DNA of 64,000 bases from the NCBI GenBank assembly GCA_963676395.1, contig OY781066.1, forward strand, positions 1,856,001-1,920,000, written 5' to 3'. Positions 39,185 to 49,516 of the stretch are shown here, in pieces. Position 1 is the first letter of the stretch. Each line of letters opens with the position of its first letter. Below the pieces are notes generated by a model. The model saw only the letters and a list, made by a program, of their open reading frames with translations, searched no databases and had not been told where the DNA came from. Both the position numbers and the translations under genes were made by a program. The stretch is from a bacterium. Its GTDB lineage: Bacteria > Fidelibacterota > Fidelibacteria > Fidelibacterales > Fidelibacteraceae.

Positions 39185-39260
39185 TTTAGCTGAAAAGATC
39201 TGTAACCATGCCCTTCCGGTTCTACCGGAACGATGGCACTAAATATGAAAAAATTGCACT

Positions 39261-40271
39261 ATGACGAAAGAAACGATAGAACAAGTTCAGTTGCAGTTTA
39301 AACAAGCGCTTGCCCAAGCCTCAGATAGACTTTCTATGGAAGAAGTGAAAAACGCTTTCTTGGGAAGAAAAGGCAAAGTGGCAGGCCTTTTTTCTTTGAT
39401 GGGGGAAATTCCCCCCGAAGCTCGTAAGGAAGCGGGTAGACTGCTAAATAATCTCAAAAATGAATTGCAAGCACTCTTTGATGAGAAAAATCAGAGCTTT
39501 TCGGGTGCCAAAGCAAATGAGCAATGGGTTGATTATACCATGCCCGGTTATTCATTGCCTAACGGTACACGACATCCATTAACGCAAGCTGTTGATGATA
39601 TGTTGTCCATTTTTAAACGCTTAGGCTTTGATATTGCTTACGGGCCCGAAGTGGAAACCGACTGGTTTAATTTTGAGTCGTTGAATTTTCCTCCAAATCA
39701 CCCCGCTCGTGATATGCAGGATACTTTCTACACAGAAGGTGGCGGTGTGCTTCGCACGCATACGTCTCCGGTGCAAACCCGTTATATGTCTAAACACGAA
39801 CCGCCTGTGCGTATTGTTGCACCGGGTCGTGTTTTTCGTAATGAAGCGATTTCGGCTCGTTCTTATTGTCTTTTTCATCAGATTGAAGGTTTGTATATTG
39901 ATAAGGATATTACCTTTGCGGATCTAAAAGGTACGATTGAATTGTTCTGTCGTATGTATTATGGCAAAGATGTAAAGATCAAATTCCGCACTTCGTATTT
40001 TCCTTTTACCGAGCCTTCAGCAGAGATTGATGTATCTTGCTTTCTTTGCGGAGGTAAAGGGTGTCGTGTTTGTAAAAACACCGGTTGGCTGGAGATCATG
40101 GGTTGCGGTATGGTTGATCCCAATGTATTGAAAGCAGTAAACTATGATCCTGAAAAGTATACGGGCTATGCTTTTGGTTTGGGTGTGGAGCGAATGGTAA
40201 TGATGCGTTTGGGTATCAATGATATTCGTCTCCTTTTTGAAAATGATGTGGAATTTCTAAAGCAATTCTAA
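39261..40271 (+). CDS. pheS: Phenylalanine--tRNA ligase alpha subunit
   Basis: 'HPARDMQDTFY', 'LRTHTSPVQ', 'FHQIEGL', 'YFPFTEPSAE', 'GYAFGLGVER'. Confidence 0.97.
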   Translation: MTKETIEQVQLQFKQALAQASDRLSMEEVKNAFLGRKGKVAGLFSLMGEIPPEARKEAGRLLNNLKNELQALFDEKNQSFSGAKANEQWVDYTMPGYSLPNGTRHPLTQAVDDMLSIFKRLGFDIAYGPEVETDWFNFESLNFPPNHPARDMQDTFYTEGGGVLRTHTSPVQTRYMSKHEPPVRIVAPGRVFRNEAISARSYCLFHQIEGLYIDKDITFADLKGTIELFCRMYYGKDVKIKFRTSYFPFTEPSAEIDVSCFLCGGKGCRVCKNTGWLEIMGCGMVDPNVLKAVNYDPEKYTGYAFGLGVERMVMMRLGINDIRLLFENDVEFLKQF

Positions 40272-40286
40272 ATTTGGATAGATAAA

Positions 40287-42677
40287 ATGATCGTTTCTAT
40301 AGATTGGTTAAAAGATTATGTTGAACTTGATATGCCTCTTGAAGAGCTGGCGGATAAATTAACCGTTGCCGGCCTTGAGTGCGTGATCAAAGAAGTGGGT
40401 AAAAGCATTCCCGAAGGTGTTGTGGTCGGTAAGGTTATCGAAAGAAAAGATCATCCTAATGCAGATTCTCTTTCGGTATGTAAAGTTGATATTGGCGCCC
40501 CCGAAGTATTGAATATTGTTTGCGGTGCTCTGAATGTCGATGCTGATCAGTTTGTACCTGTTGCAACCGTTGGCACACAGCTAACGCCCGATTTTAAGAT
40601 CAAAAAAGCAAAACTTCGCGGAGAACCCTCCATGGGTATGATTTGCGCAGAAGATGAGCTTGGTTTGGGTAACGATCATAGTGGTATTATTGTTTTGGAA
40701 GGTGAACATAAGCTCGGTACACCTTTTTCTGAATATTTTAAATCATCAAAGATCCTTGATGTTGATATCACCGCCAACCGGCCGGATGCAATGTCTCACT
40801 GGGGTGTCGCTCGTGAAATTGCTGCAATTTATGGAAAAGAATTTAAAAAGATCCCGGTTGAGTTAAAAGAAACCGGACCCTCTGTTAACGAGTTAGTTAA
40901 GATTGAGATCGCAGCTCCCGAAGCTTGCCCCCGTTATACTGCTCGTGTGGTACAGGATGTAAAGATCGGACCTTCACCCGAGTGGTTGGTACAGCGTCTC
41001 GAAGCCCTTGGCTTGAGAAGTATCAACAATGTCGTGGATGCTTCAAACTATGTTTTAATGGAAACCGGACATCCACTGCATGCGTTTGATTTTGATAAAC
41101 TCAAAGGTGCTCAGGTTAATGTTCGTTATGCTGCAAAGGGTGAAAAACTTATAACCATCGATCATAAAGAACGCGAATTATCGGAAGATATGTTGCTGAT
41201 CTGCGACGGCGAAGAAGCTATTGCGCTTGCAGGTATCATGGGTGGTACGGAATCCGAAGTATCCGATGAGACAGTGAATGTGCTAATCGAATCAGCCTAT
41301 TTTGAACCGGCTGTGATACGAAAAGGATCAAAGCAACAACAATTGCCTACTGACGCTTCAAAACGATTCGAGCGTGGTACGGATCCGAATGAAACACTTG
41401 TTTATGCCCAGGATCGTCTTGCAGCCTTGATCTTGGAATTGGCAGGTGGTACACTTGCAAAAGGCATGATCGATGTCTATCCCGAACCTATTGCAAAAAA
41501 TACTGCAAAACTCCGTGTTGATAATGTTAAGCGAATCACCGGTGTTGATATTTCAAAAGAAAAATGTATTGAAACCCTTGAAGCATTGGAATTTAATGTG
41601 CTTGAAGATAACGATAATGTTTTGACGGTTGAGATTCCTTCTTTCCGTCCCGACGTAGATCGTGAGATTGATCTTGTGGAAGAAGTTTTAAGGGTTGATC
41701 ATCTTGATAAGATCCCTTCTATGAGTCGTATGACCATTTCTGTAGCCGAAGAATATGATAAATTTCATCCTTTTTTAAGTGATATTCGTTCGTTTTTTGT
41801 TGGCTTGGGAATGCATGAAGCGGTTAATAACTCTCTCGTTAATGAAGAGATGGGAAACAAGAATATTTGGGGTTATCAACCTCTTAAGATTTTGAATCCG
41901 CTCTCTAATGAGATGAATCATTTACGCGCTGATATGATTCAGCCTCTGCTGACCTCGCTTCGTGCGAATGCGCTGAAAAAAAGGACCAATATTCGCCTAT
42001 TCGAATTGGCAAATGTTATTGAAAAGAACGATTACAGCGATACAAAAGCTGTTGAACATTATAATTTAGGCGTTTTATGCTCTGCACCTGTATTTGGACT
42101 AAATTGGACAGGTGAAGATAAAGCTGCCGACCTGTTTTACATGAAAGGTATTTTAGACCGCTTGTTGTCTAAACTGAATTTCAATTACAAATTAAAAGAA
42201 AATACGAATCGCGATGAATTTGAAGTTCTTTATGATGTCGTTGTTCGTAAATCTGTTGTAGGTAAGATTGGTCAGTATAAAGCCGATTATTTCGAAAAGC
42301 TACAGTTGCAATATCCTGCTGTGGTAATGGAATTGCAGGTGGCAAAATTGTTTAATTGGTATAATCCCAAGAAACAGTATCAACCGGTTCCACAATTTCC
42401 CTCTATGTTTCGCGATATGTCATTGGTCGTGGACAAAAAGTGCAAATCAGCCACAATTCTGAATGAAATTAATCAGAGCGGAGGTAAATATCTGGTTGAC
42501 CTTGTGCTATATGATGTGTACATTGACGATGAAAAATTAGGTAAAGACAAAAAAGCACTCTCACTACGTTTGGAATTCAGGTCAGAGGAGATGACATTGA
42601 AGGATAAATTAGTTGATGATGTGATGAATAAATTGTTTGAAAGGCTTAAAAATCAATATGGAGCTCAACTGAGGTAA
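40287..42677 (+). CDS. pheT: Phenylalanine--tRNA ligase beta subunit
   Basis: 'HPNADSL..C', 'TANRPD', 'GHPLHAFD', 'RFERG', C-terminal FDX-ACB domain. Confidence 0.97.
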   Translation: MIVSIDWLKDYVELDMPLEELADKLTVAGLECVIKEVGKSIPEGVVVGKVIERKDHPNADSLSVCKVDIGAPEVLNIVCGALNVDADQFVPVATVGTQLTPDFKIKKAKLRGEPSMGMICAEDELGLGNDHSGIIVLEGEHKLGTPFSEYFKSSKILDVDITANRPDAMSHWGVAREIAAIYGKEFKKIPVELKETGPSVNELVKIEIAAPEACPRYTARVVQDVKIGPSPEWLVQRLEALGLRSINNVVDASNYVLMETGHPLHAFDFDKLKGAQVNVRYAAKGEKLITIDHKERELSEDMLLICDGEEAIALAGIMGGTESEVSDETVNVLIESAYFEPAVIRKGSKQQQLPTDASKRFERGTDPNETLVYAQDRLAALILELAGGTLAKGMIDVYPEPIAKNTAKLRVDNVKRITGVDISKEKCIETLEALEFNVLEDNDNVLTVEIPSFRPDVDREIDLVEEVLRVDHLDKIPSMSRMTISVAEEYDKFHPFLSDIRSFFVGLGMHEAVNNSLVNEEMGNKNIWGYQPLKILNPLSNEMNHLRADMIQPLLTSLRANALKKRTNIRLFELANVIEKNDYSDTKAVEHYNLGVLCSAPVFGLNWTGEDKAADLFYMKGILDRLLSKLNFNYKLKENTNRDEFEVLYDVVVRKSVVGKIGQYKADYFEKLQLQYPAVVMELQVAKLFNWYNPKKQYQPVPQFPSMFRDMSLVVDKKCKSATILNEINQSGGKYLVDLVLYDVYIDDEKLGKDKKALSLRLEFRSEEMTLKDKLVDDVMNKLFERLKNQYGAQLR

Positions 42678-42853
42678 TGGATATAAGCTCTTTTGAATTA
42701 TTGGAAAAAAAACTACACCAGGCCCTGGAGATCCTTGCGGACAAACAACAGGGCAGTTCTCCGGATTCGGTGATTCTTTCTAAGGATCAGGTAAAGCGAA
42801 TTACGGAGAAATTGGCGCAAATATCGGAATGGATCGAAAATGCGGAAGTATAA
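42677..42853 (+). CDS. Small coiled-coil protein, ZapB-like (not in ORF track, 58 aa)
   Basis: ATG overlaps the pheT stop (TAATG) after GAGG. Translation MDISSFELLEKKLHQALEILADKQ...KRITEKLAQISEWIENAEV*. Position between pheT and zapA. Confidence 0.65.
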   Translation: MDISSFELLEKKLHQALEILADKQQGSSPDSVILSKDQVKRITEKLAQISEWIENAEV

Positions 42854-43175
42854 TCCTGACCCCAACACCGTGGAGATGCAATTTCCCGAGGCGAAACACC
42901 TGAAAGTAAATATTTACGGACAGGAATTTCCGCTTAAGGGTAAAGAGCCCGAATTCATTCTCAAAGTGGCAGAATACGTGAACGATAAAATGATGGAAGT
43001 GGGGGCGAATATGCCCGGTACCACGCCATTGGATAAGATCGCGATCATTGCGGCTTTGAATATTGCCGGTGAATTATTTCAATTGAAGCAAAGTAACCAA
43101 TCTACTGAGGAATTTGTTCAAGAAAGATCAGAATCAATGATCTCAATGATCGATGATTTCCTCAAGACCACCTAA
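42840..43175 (+). CDS. zapA: Cell division protein ZapA
   Basis: 'VNIYGQEF', 'VAEYVNDKM', 'IAIIAALNIAGELF'. Start uncertain. Confidence 0.88.
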   Translation: MRKYNPDPNTVEMQFPEAKHLKVNIYGQEFPLKGKEPEFILKVAEYVNDKMMEVGANMPGTTPLDKIAIIAALNIAGELFQLKQSNQSTEEFVQERSESMISMIDDFLKTT

Positions 43176-43207
43176 GTTAGACTCCATTTAATTAAAAGGA
43201 GTTAACT

Positions 43208-44758
43208 ATGAATATAGGCGTCGTAATAGCTATTGCGGGAGCAGCAGCGTTATTGGCAGCATTTATTGTTTTTATGATCTATCGATCCAAGATTGGTAGT
43301 CTTAAGCACTATAAATTCGATATGATGGAAAGCGCAAGAAAAGAGGGTGAGACTCATAAGAAAGAGCTTATTCTCGAAGCAAAAGATGAAGCGCTGAGGA
43401 TCAAACAAAAATCAGAAGATGAATATAACGAAAAACTTCGTGACCTGAGAAATTCTGAACGTGATATGCAAAAACGTGAAAGTGATCTGGACCGTAAGAT
43501 CGAACGCGTTGATCAGAGATATGATACACTTCAAAAGTTGGATGATGATTTAAAGAAAAAAGATAAAGATCTAAACCAACGCGAAAATGAGATCGAAAAG
43601 CTGATTGATGAACAGCAGATAAAACTGGAAAGTATTGCCGGTTTATCACGTGAAGAAGCCAAGCAGACTTTAAAAGATTCTTTATATGAAAAAGCGCGTA
43701 TCGAAGCGCAGGTAAAAGTAAAAGATATTAAAGAAGCTGCTGTTTTGAATGCCAATAAGGAAGCAAAGAAGATCATTATTGAAGCTATTCAAAGATCTGC
43801 AGCAGATCATACTTCAGAATCTACTGTTGCGGTTGTTCCTCTTCCTAACGATCAAATGAAAGGTCGGGTAATTGGCCGTGAAGGTCGTAATATCCGCCAT
43901 TTTGAAGCTTTAACCGGTATTGAATTGATTGTTGATGACACACCCGAAGCCGTAGTCCTTTCGGGTTTTGATCCCGTACGTCGTGAAGTGGCCCGCTTGG
44001 CTCTGGAAAAATTAATTGCTGATGGTCGTATTCATCCCGCCCGTATTGAAGAAATGATTGAAAAGGCAACCAAAGAAGTTGAAGAATCCATCATTCAAGC
44101 GGCCGAAGAAGCGACACTTGAATTACAATTACCTCCATTTAATGCTGAAATGATGCATTACATTGGTTCATTGAAATATCGTACATCCTACGGACAGAAT
44201 ATTTTGAAACACTGTATTGAAGTTGGCTGGATATGTGGATTGATGGCCGCTGAATTGGGTATGGATGGACAAATGGCAAAACGAGCCGGTTTCTTGCATG
44301 ATATTGGTAAGGCTATTGACAGAAATGTTGAAGGAACTCACGCTCTTATCGGTGGTGAGATTGCCAGAAGAAATAAAGAAGATAAGATTGTTGTGAATGC
44401 CATTGAGGCTCATCACGAAGAAGTCGAAATGAAATATCCGATTTCTGCTCTGGTACAGGCTGCCGATTCCATTAGTGGTTCACGTCGCGGTGCTCGCGGA
44501 CAGACATTGGAAAATTATATTCACCGTATGGAAAAACTTGAAGAGATTTCAAATGGTTTCAAAGGTGTTAATAAAACGTATGCTATTCAGGCCGGTCGTG
44601 AAGTTCGCGTGATCGTGGAAGAAAATCAGATCGATGATGCGGCGTCAGATCTTCTTGCTGAAGATATTGCAAATAAAATTCAAGCAGAATTGACTTATCC
44701 GGGGCAGATCAAGGTAACCGTACTTCGTGAACATCGATCCATCGGATACGCAAAATAA
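43208..44758 (+). CDS. rny: Ribonuclease Y
   Basis: N-terminal TM, coiled coil, KH 'KGRVIGREGRNIR', HD 'FLHDIGK', 'YAIQAGREVRV'. Confidence 0.97.
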   Translation: MNIGVVIAIAGAAALLAAFIVFMIYRSKIGSLKHYKFDMMESARKEGETHKKELILEAKDEALRIKQKSEDEYNEKLRDLRNSERDMQKRESDLDRKIERVDQRYDTLQKLDDDLKKKDKDLNQRENEIEKLIDEQQIKLESIAGLSREEAKQTLKDSLYEKARIEAQVKVKDIKEAAVLNANKEAKKIIIEAIQRSAADHTSESTVAVVPLPNDQMKGRVIGREGRNIRHFEALTGIELIVDDTPEAVVLSGFDPVRREVARLALEKLIADGRIHPARIEEMIEKATKEVEESIIQAAEEATLELQLPPFNAEMMHYIGSLKYRTSYGQNILKHCIEVGWICGLMAAELGMDGQMAKRAGFLHDIGKAIDRNVEGTHALIGGEIARRNKEDKIVVNAIEAHHEEVEMKYPISALVQAADSISGSRRGARGQTLENYIHRMEKLEEISNGFKGVNKTYAIQAGREVRVIVEENQIDDAASDLLAEDIANKIQAELTYPGQIKVTVLREHRSIGYAK

Positions 44759-44766
44759 AGGAAAAC

Positions 44767-45651
44767 ATGGAAACAACGATCTTAGGTGGCAAAGTTGTGG
44801 CCGAGGCTGTAAAAGAGAGTTTAAAACCTCGGATAGATACATGTAAGCAAAAGGGGTTGCATCCTGGATTAGTGGTTGTGTTGGTCGGAGAAGATCCCGC
44901 ATCGAAAGTTTATGTCAGGAATAAGGGGCGGGCCTGTGAGGCACTGGGTATCTATTCCGAGACCCTAAGATTGCCTGCCGAAACAACTCAGGACGAACTG
45001 AATGCACTCGTTGATAAATTGAATAAAGACGATCGTTTTCATGGTATTCTTGTACAAATGCCTTTGCCAAAACACTTGAATGAAACTGAGATCATTGAGC
45101 GTATTGCTCCAGAAAAAGATGTAGATGGTTTTCATCCCATGAATGTTGGTAGATTAGTACAAGGTCACGGGAGGCTACTTCCTTGTACACCAGCCGGTGT
45201 GGTTGAACTGTTAAAATATTATAATGTTGAGACTCAAGGGAAACATGTAGTTGTGGTTGGTCGTTCTAATATCGTTGGCAAACCTATGTTAAACCTGATG
45301 TATCAAAAGGCAGACTACGCTAATTCAACCGTTACCATCTGTCATACCGGTACAAAGGATATTAAATTTTACACTCTTCAGGCTGATATATTGATTGTGG
45401 CTGCCGGTGTACCCGAAATGATTACCAAAGATATGGTTAAAGAAGGTGCCGTAGTTGTTGATGTTGGTATGAACCGAGTTGATGACGCCAGCAAAGAAAA
45501 AGGTTATCGCTTGACAGGTGATGTGGCTTATGAAGAAGTAAAAGAGCATTGTACTGCGATAACTCCCGTTCCCGGTGGAGTGGGGTTGATGACCATTGCA
45601 ATGTTAATGAGTAATACGGTGCAGGCTGCTGAAGATATGTTAAATAAGTAA
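44767..45651 (+). CDS. folD: Methylenetetrahydrofolate dehydrogenase/cyclohydrolase
   Basis: 'YVRNK', 'KDVDGFHP', 'PCTPAG', 'GRSNIVGKP', 'TPVPGGVG'. Confidence 0.97.
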   Translation: METTILGGKVVAEAVKESLKPRIDTCKQKGLHPGLVVVLVGEDPASKVYVRNKGRACEALGIYSETLRLPAETTQDELNALVDKLNKDDRFHGILVQMPLPKHLNETEIIERIAPEKDVDGFHPMNVGRLVQGHGRLLPCTPAGVVELLKYYNVETQGKHVVVVGRSNIVGKPMLNLMYQKADYANSTVTICHTGTKDIKFYTLQADILIVAAGVPEMITKDMVKEGAVVVDVGMNRVDDASKEKGYRLTGDVAYEEVKEHCTAITPVPGGVGLMTIAMLMSNTVQAAEDMLNK

Positions 45652-45655
45652 ACCA

Positions 45656-48600
45656 ATGGCAAATAAAAGACCAAGACGATACATTTTTGTATTTATACTG
45701 ATTCTATTATTAGGATCCACCGGTATCTTTTTAACTAAAACAGATGCCGGTTTTACTTTTGTATATAAAATTGTTCAAACACAATTAGATCGTCAATATG
45801 GTCTTGATCTGTCAATTAAATCTATTTCAACTCCCATGAGAACGCAATTTGAAGCCGATCAATTGAAATTTGCAAATGCGGATTCTTCATTGGTTTTAAC
45901 CATTGATACTCTAAATATTAATTATTCGGGGATCTTTGAACTATTCGGTCGTCGCCAATTAGATATTCTTACTTTGATTGAACCCGATATTAGTATATAT
46001 ATTAGAGATAATGGGCAGAGTCCAAACGAAATAAAAGAGATCGAATTTCCTCAATTTTTAATCCATACGATAAATGTGGAGAGAGCAACAGTTCACATTT
46101 ATACTCCAGATACATTGATCCATCAAAGGATTGATGATCTTTCCTGTCATTATTCCGGTAAAAAAGATGGAGCTAGGATTGAAATATTTCATCTGGATTT
46201 AAAAAATGAAGATCTCGGCATCAGTATTAAAGATCTATCTTCAGAAATAAGTTTTAAGCGAGATATCGCAAAACTCAGAAATTTAAAATTTAGTATTAAT
46301 GAATCGAAAATTTCATCTCAAGGTAAGATCAGATACGTAAATCCAATGCGTTTTCAACTAAAGTTTGATGTAAATAATTTTAGAATAGAAGAATTTGTCG
46401 ACCTCCCTTTGGTTCATATGAACGATAAAATTGATCTATCTGTAGATATGCAAGGAAATTTTAAGGAGTTCACTGCATTAATGGATGTAGAAGGCAATTT
46501 GAATGAAATGCCCATAAAAAAAACACATTTAAATTTAGAATATAAGGATGAATACATTCACCTCTTAGAGGGCGTTTTTACAAATGATCAAAATAATCTA
46601 TCTTTTTATGGTTCTTACGGCCTAAAAGACCAATATTTTTCAGGAAGTTTAATTTCTCATGAGCTTACTTTAGCAGATTGGATCACCAATGTACCGGAAT
46701 TTAATTTGCAAGGATATCTGAGAGCCAATGGATACTTGAATTCGCAGATCAAACTAAATTATGACCTTGATTGCTTTGATTTATATGATCTTGATAAAGC
46801 AAATTTTGCCGGAAATATTTTATTTGATCAGTTGGATAAAATAGTGATCGACAGTACTAACAGATTATTATTGGCAGAAGGTGCTGTTCGTTACCAAGGA
46901 AGTATTTTTGATCTAAATGAATTGGATATTCATATTAAAGGTGATGTAGACAAAATCAGTGCCTTAGAAATTCCGGGAATAGAACAATTTAATGCTGATA
47001 CCTTATTGATGACGTTGAATGTCAAGGGCGAGATCAGAGATCCTGATATTGAAATGACCTTTAATTTAGATACCTTAAAGTATAATAACATTAATGTTGA
47101 GAATCTTAATGTTTCGCTTTTTTCAAAAAATACCATCACTCAACCCGGTGGTGCACTTTTGGTTAGTATGGATAATTTTGGTGTGGATTCCATAACACTT
47201 GGAGAAATCCAAACCTATGTTCATATGCAGGAAGATTTTATTGAATTGGATTATCTTGATATTGCGCATGAAAATTATAATTTGAGTTTATCGGGAACTG
47301 TTGATAATTACAGCAAATTCGTTATAAATAGAATGCAAGGAGTTTACCAAGGCGAAGAAGTATATTTACTTGAGCCGGTAAGTTTTTCTATCGAAGACGA
47401 TAAATATTCTTTATCACGTTTTGACATACTTTACCGTGATGCTTTACTATATGGTGTTTTTGATGTCATAGGTGATAGTCTGAAAGGATCCGTTAATATT
47501 GCGGGAGCTGAGTTGAATTCGCTTCCATTGCTCCCATCTTTTGTTGATAGTATAAATGGGGTTCTGGACATGAGTATTGATGTGAACGGCAGTATGAGCG
47601 ATCCAAGTATTGAAATGGGAATACAGTTAAAGAGAGCTCATGCTTTGGGATTGGAAGCCAAGAAGATTCGATCTGAAATGTCCTACAAAGATTCATTGGT
47701 TCATATTCAACAATTAAATATGGAAATAGATGATGAGCGAGTAATTGCCTTAAATGGTATTATGCCTCTGGGGATTAATTTTAATTCCAAAGAAATAATA
47801 ACTCTGATTGATGATGATTCACTTTTTGTAGAACTTCAACTGGATAAAGTTCGTTTGGAAAAACTTTTGCCTTTTGTACTGCCTTTCTTGCATATTGTTG
47901 GAGAGGCCGATGGCCGGGGGATTATAAGTGGTACTATTAATGATCCGATCATGGATGCAGACCTGGCAATATACGATCCAGAGATCGAGTTGATCACCGC
48001 TGACTCAATACATGCAAACTATCATTATAGTGATGAACGAATTTATTTTAATGATGTGGATTTATATGCAAATAATGGCTTTTATCAGGGGAATGCTAAC
48101 TTCTATATGGATCTTAGACTGCAAACAGATCAAGAGCGATATCAGCCGGATTCATCTATCTACGCTTATGTTAAGGGGCATGATGATGAAATGATATATT
48201 TAACACCTTTCATTGATCCTATTGAATCTTTAAGTGGTGATTTTTACACTGAGATGGAAATGAGAGGGAATTTTAACGAAACATACAAAGATGCAAAGTT
48301 AACGATAGAGAACGGAGCATTGGTGATAGATATTCTTGGTAACGAAATACGGAATATTTCCGGCTACGGGATCATGAAAGATAATATTGCTCAAGTTCAT
48401 TTAAGAGGATTGCTTCCAAGTAAAACTTATTCACTGGCAAATATTCTTGGATTTGAAGAGTCTGATAGCAATTTTACAGTTGATGGAACATTGGATATGA
48501 GATATTTGATCTCTCCCCGATTCGATCTTAATTTTTCTGGAGAACAACTATCAATTGTAACCTTGGATGAAAATGTTAATTTGACTACCGAAAATGTTGA

Positions 48601-49516
48601 TTTGGACATTACAGGTAGAGATACACTCACCGTTACGGGAGATGTTACTTTATCTGAGGGATCTATTGAATACGGTTTTAATCGCTCTGCTCCAACAGCC
48701 TCAGCTCCTCCTTCAGAATATGAAGGAATAAAAACCGCCTATTCTATTAATGCAATGGTTGATAAAATTTATTTTAGAAATCAATTGCTGGATGTTACTC
48801 TTAACGGAGAGATGTTATTACAAAAATATCCCAATGAAGTCAGGACTCGTATGGGGGGAGAATTAGAAGTAACAGAAGGTTTTTTCAACTACTGGGCGTC
48901 TGTTTTTACACTTGAACAAGGTTCGAGCCTTATTTTAGATCAGTTTGAAAATAATCATCAATTAAATTTTATTGCGAATAAAGAAATAACAGTCGAAGGT
49001 GAACGCAATACAATTATCGCCTCAATTACCGGCGAATTGAATAATCCGGAAATAAATTTTACCGATGATAATGGTGAATTATCACAAGCTCAAATTGTTC
49101 AAGCACTTACTGTAGGAGAAATACAGAACGTTCTTGGTGATTTTACTCCCGGTGGAGGACCCGACGAAGATTTTACGCTTGGTGTTGCAAATGCGTTATT
49201 AACCTTATCAGAGGTTCCTATTGAACAACAAGCACGTCAAATTGGTTCTGCTGGTGGTTTAGATCGTATCGATATTAAAAGTGGTACAGGCGGAACCTAT
49301 ATTAAAAACGGAACAAACGGAACTTATATTGACAAAACTGCAGCCTTGGTAATTGGTGGTCGTATTGGAAGGAATTTTTATTTGACTTATGAAGCATCAC
49401 AAGCAAATCTTATGAATATGGAATTTGAGTATAGGTTAAATAACAAGGTAGCTATTGTTGGTGCAGCTGATATGAAAAAAGTTGAAGGTGCTGTTCGTTT
49501 GAGGTTACAGTATTAA
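45656..49516 (+). CDS. TamB/AsmA-like translocation and assembly module protein
   Basis: 1286 aa, N-terminal anchor, beta-rich repeats ('G.I.DP.I'), DUF490-like C-terminus, adjacent to an Omp85 gene. Confidence 0.75.
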   Translation: MANKRPRRYIFVFILILLLGSTGIFLTKTDAGFTFVYKIVQTQLDRQYGLDLSIKSISTPMRTQFEADQLKFANADSSLVLTIDTLNINYSGIFELFGRRQLDILTLIEPDISIYIRDNGQSPNEIKEIEFPQFLIHTINVERATVHIYTPDTLIHQRIDDLSCHYSGKKDGARIEIFHLDLKNEDLGISIKDLSSEISFKRDIAKLRNLKFSINESKISSQGKIRYVNPMRFQLKFDVNNFRIEEFVDLPLVHMNDKIDLSVDMQGNFKEFTALMDVEGNLNEMPIKKTHLNLEYKDEYIHLLEGVFTNDQNNLSFYGSYGLKDQYFSGSLISHELTLADWITNVPEFNLQGYLRANGYLNSQIKLNYDLDCFDLYDLDKANFAGNILFDQLDKIVIDSTNRLLLAEGAVRYQGSIFDLNELDIHIKGDVDKISALEIPGIEQFNADTLLMTLNVKGEIRDPDIEMTFNLDTLKYNNINVENLNVSLFSKNTITQPGGALLVSMDNFGVDSITLGEIQTYVHMQEDFIELDYLDIAHENYNLSLSGTVDNYSKFVINRMQGVYQGEEVYLLEPVSFSIEDDKYSLSRFDILYRDALLYGVFDVIGDSLKGSVNIAGAELNSLPLLPSFVDSINGVLDMSIDVNGSMSDPSIEMGIQLKRAHALGLEAKKIRSEMSYKDSLVHIQQLNMEIDDERVIALNGIMPLGINFNSKEIITLIDDDSLFVELQLDKVRLEKLLPFVLPFLHIVGEADGRGIISGTINDPIMDADLAIYDPEIELITADSIHANYHYSDERIYFNDVDLYANNGFYQGNANFYMDLRLQTDQERYQPDSSIYAYVKGHDDEMIYLTPFIDPIESLSGDFYTEMEMRGNFNETYKDAKLTIENGALVIDILGNEIRNISGYGIMKDNIAQVHLRGLLPSKTYSLANILGFEESDSNFTVDGTLDMRYLISPRFDLNFSGEQLSIVTLDENVNLTTENVDLDITGRDTLTVTGDVTLSEGSIEYGFNRSAPTASAPPSEYEGIKTAYSINAMVDKIYFRNQLLDVTLNGEMLLQKYPNEVRTRMGGELEVTEGFFNYWASVFTLEQGSSLILDQFENNHQLNFIANKEITVEGERNTIIASITGELNNPEINFTDDNGELSQAQIVQALTVGEIQNVLGDFTPGGGPDEDFTLGVANALLTLSEVPIEQQARQIGSAGGLDRIDIKSGTGGTYIKNGTNGTYIDKTAALVIGGRIGRNFYLTYEASQANLMNMEFEYRLNNKVAIVGAADMKKVEGAVRLRLQY

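Noticed and set aside
39208..39238. pheS attenuator or T-box
   Set aside because: A hairpin (TTCCGGT-TCT-ACCGGAA) is present, but there is no Phe-rich leader peptide, T-box motif or U-tract in the 76-bp gap.
43176..43207. 6S RNA after zapA
   Set aside because: Only 32 bp separate zapA and rny, too little for ssrS.
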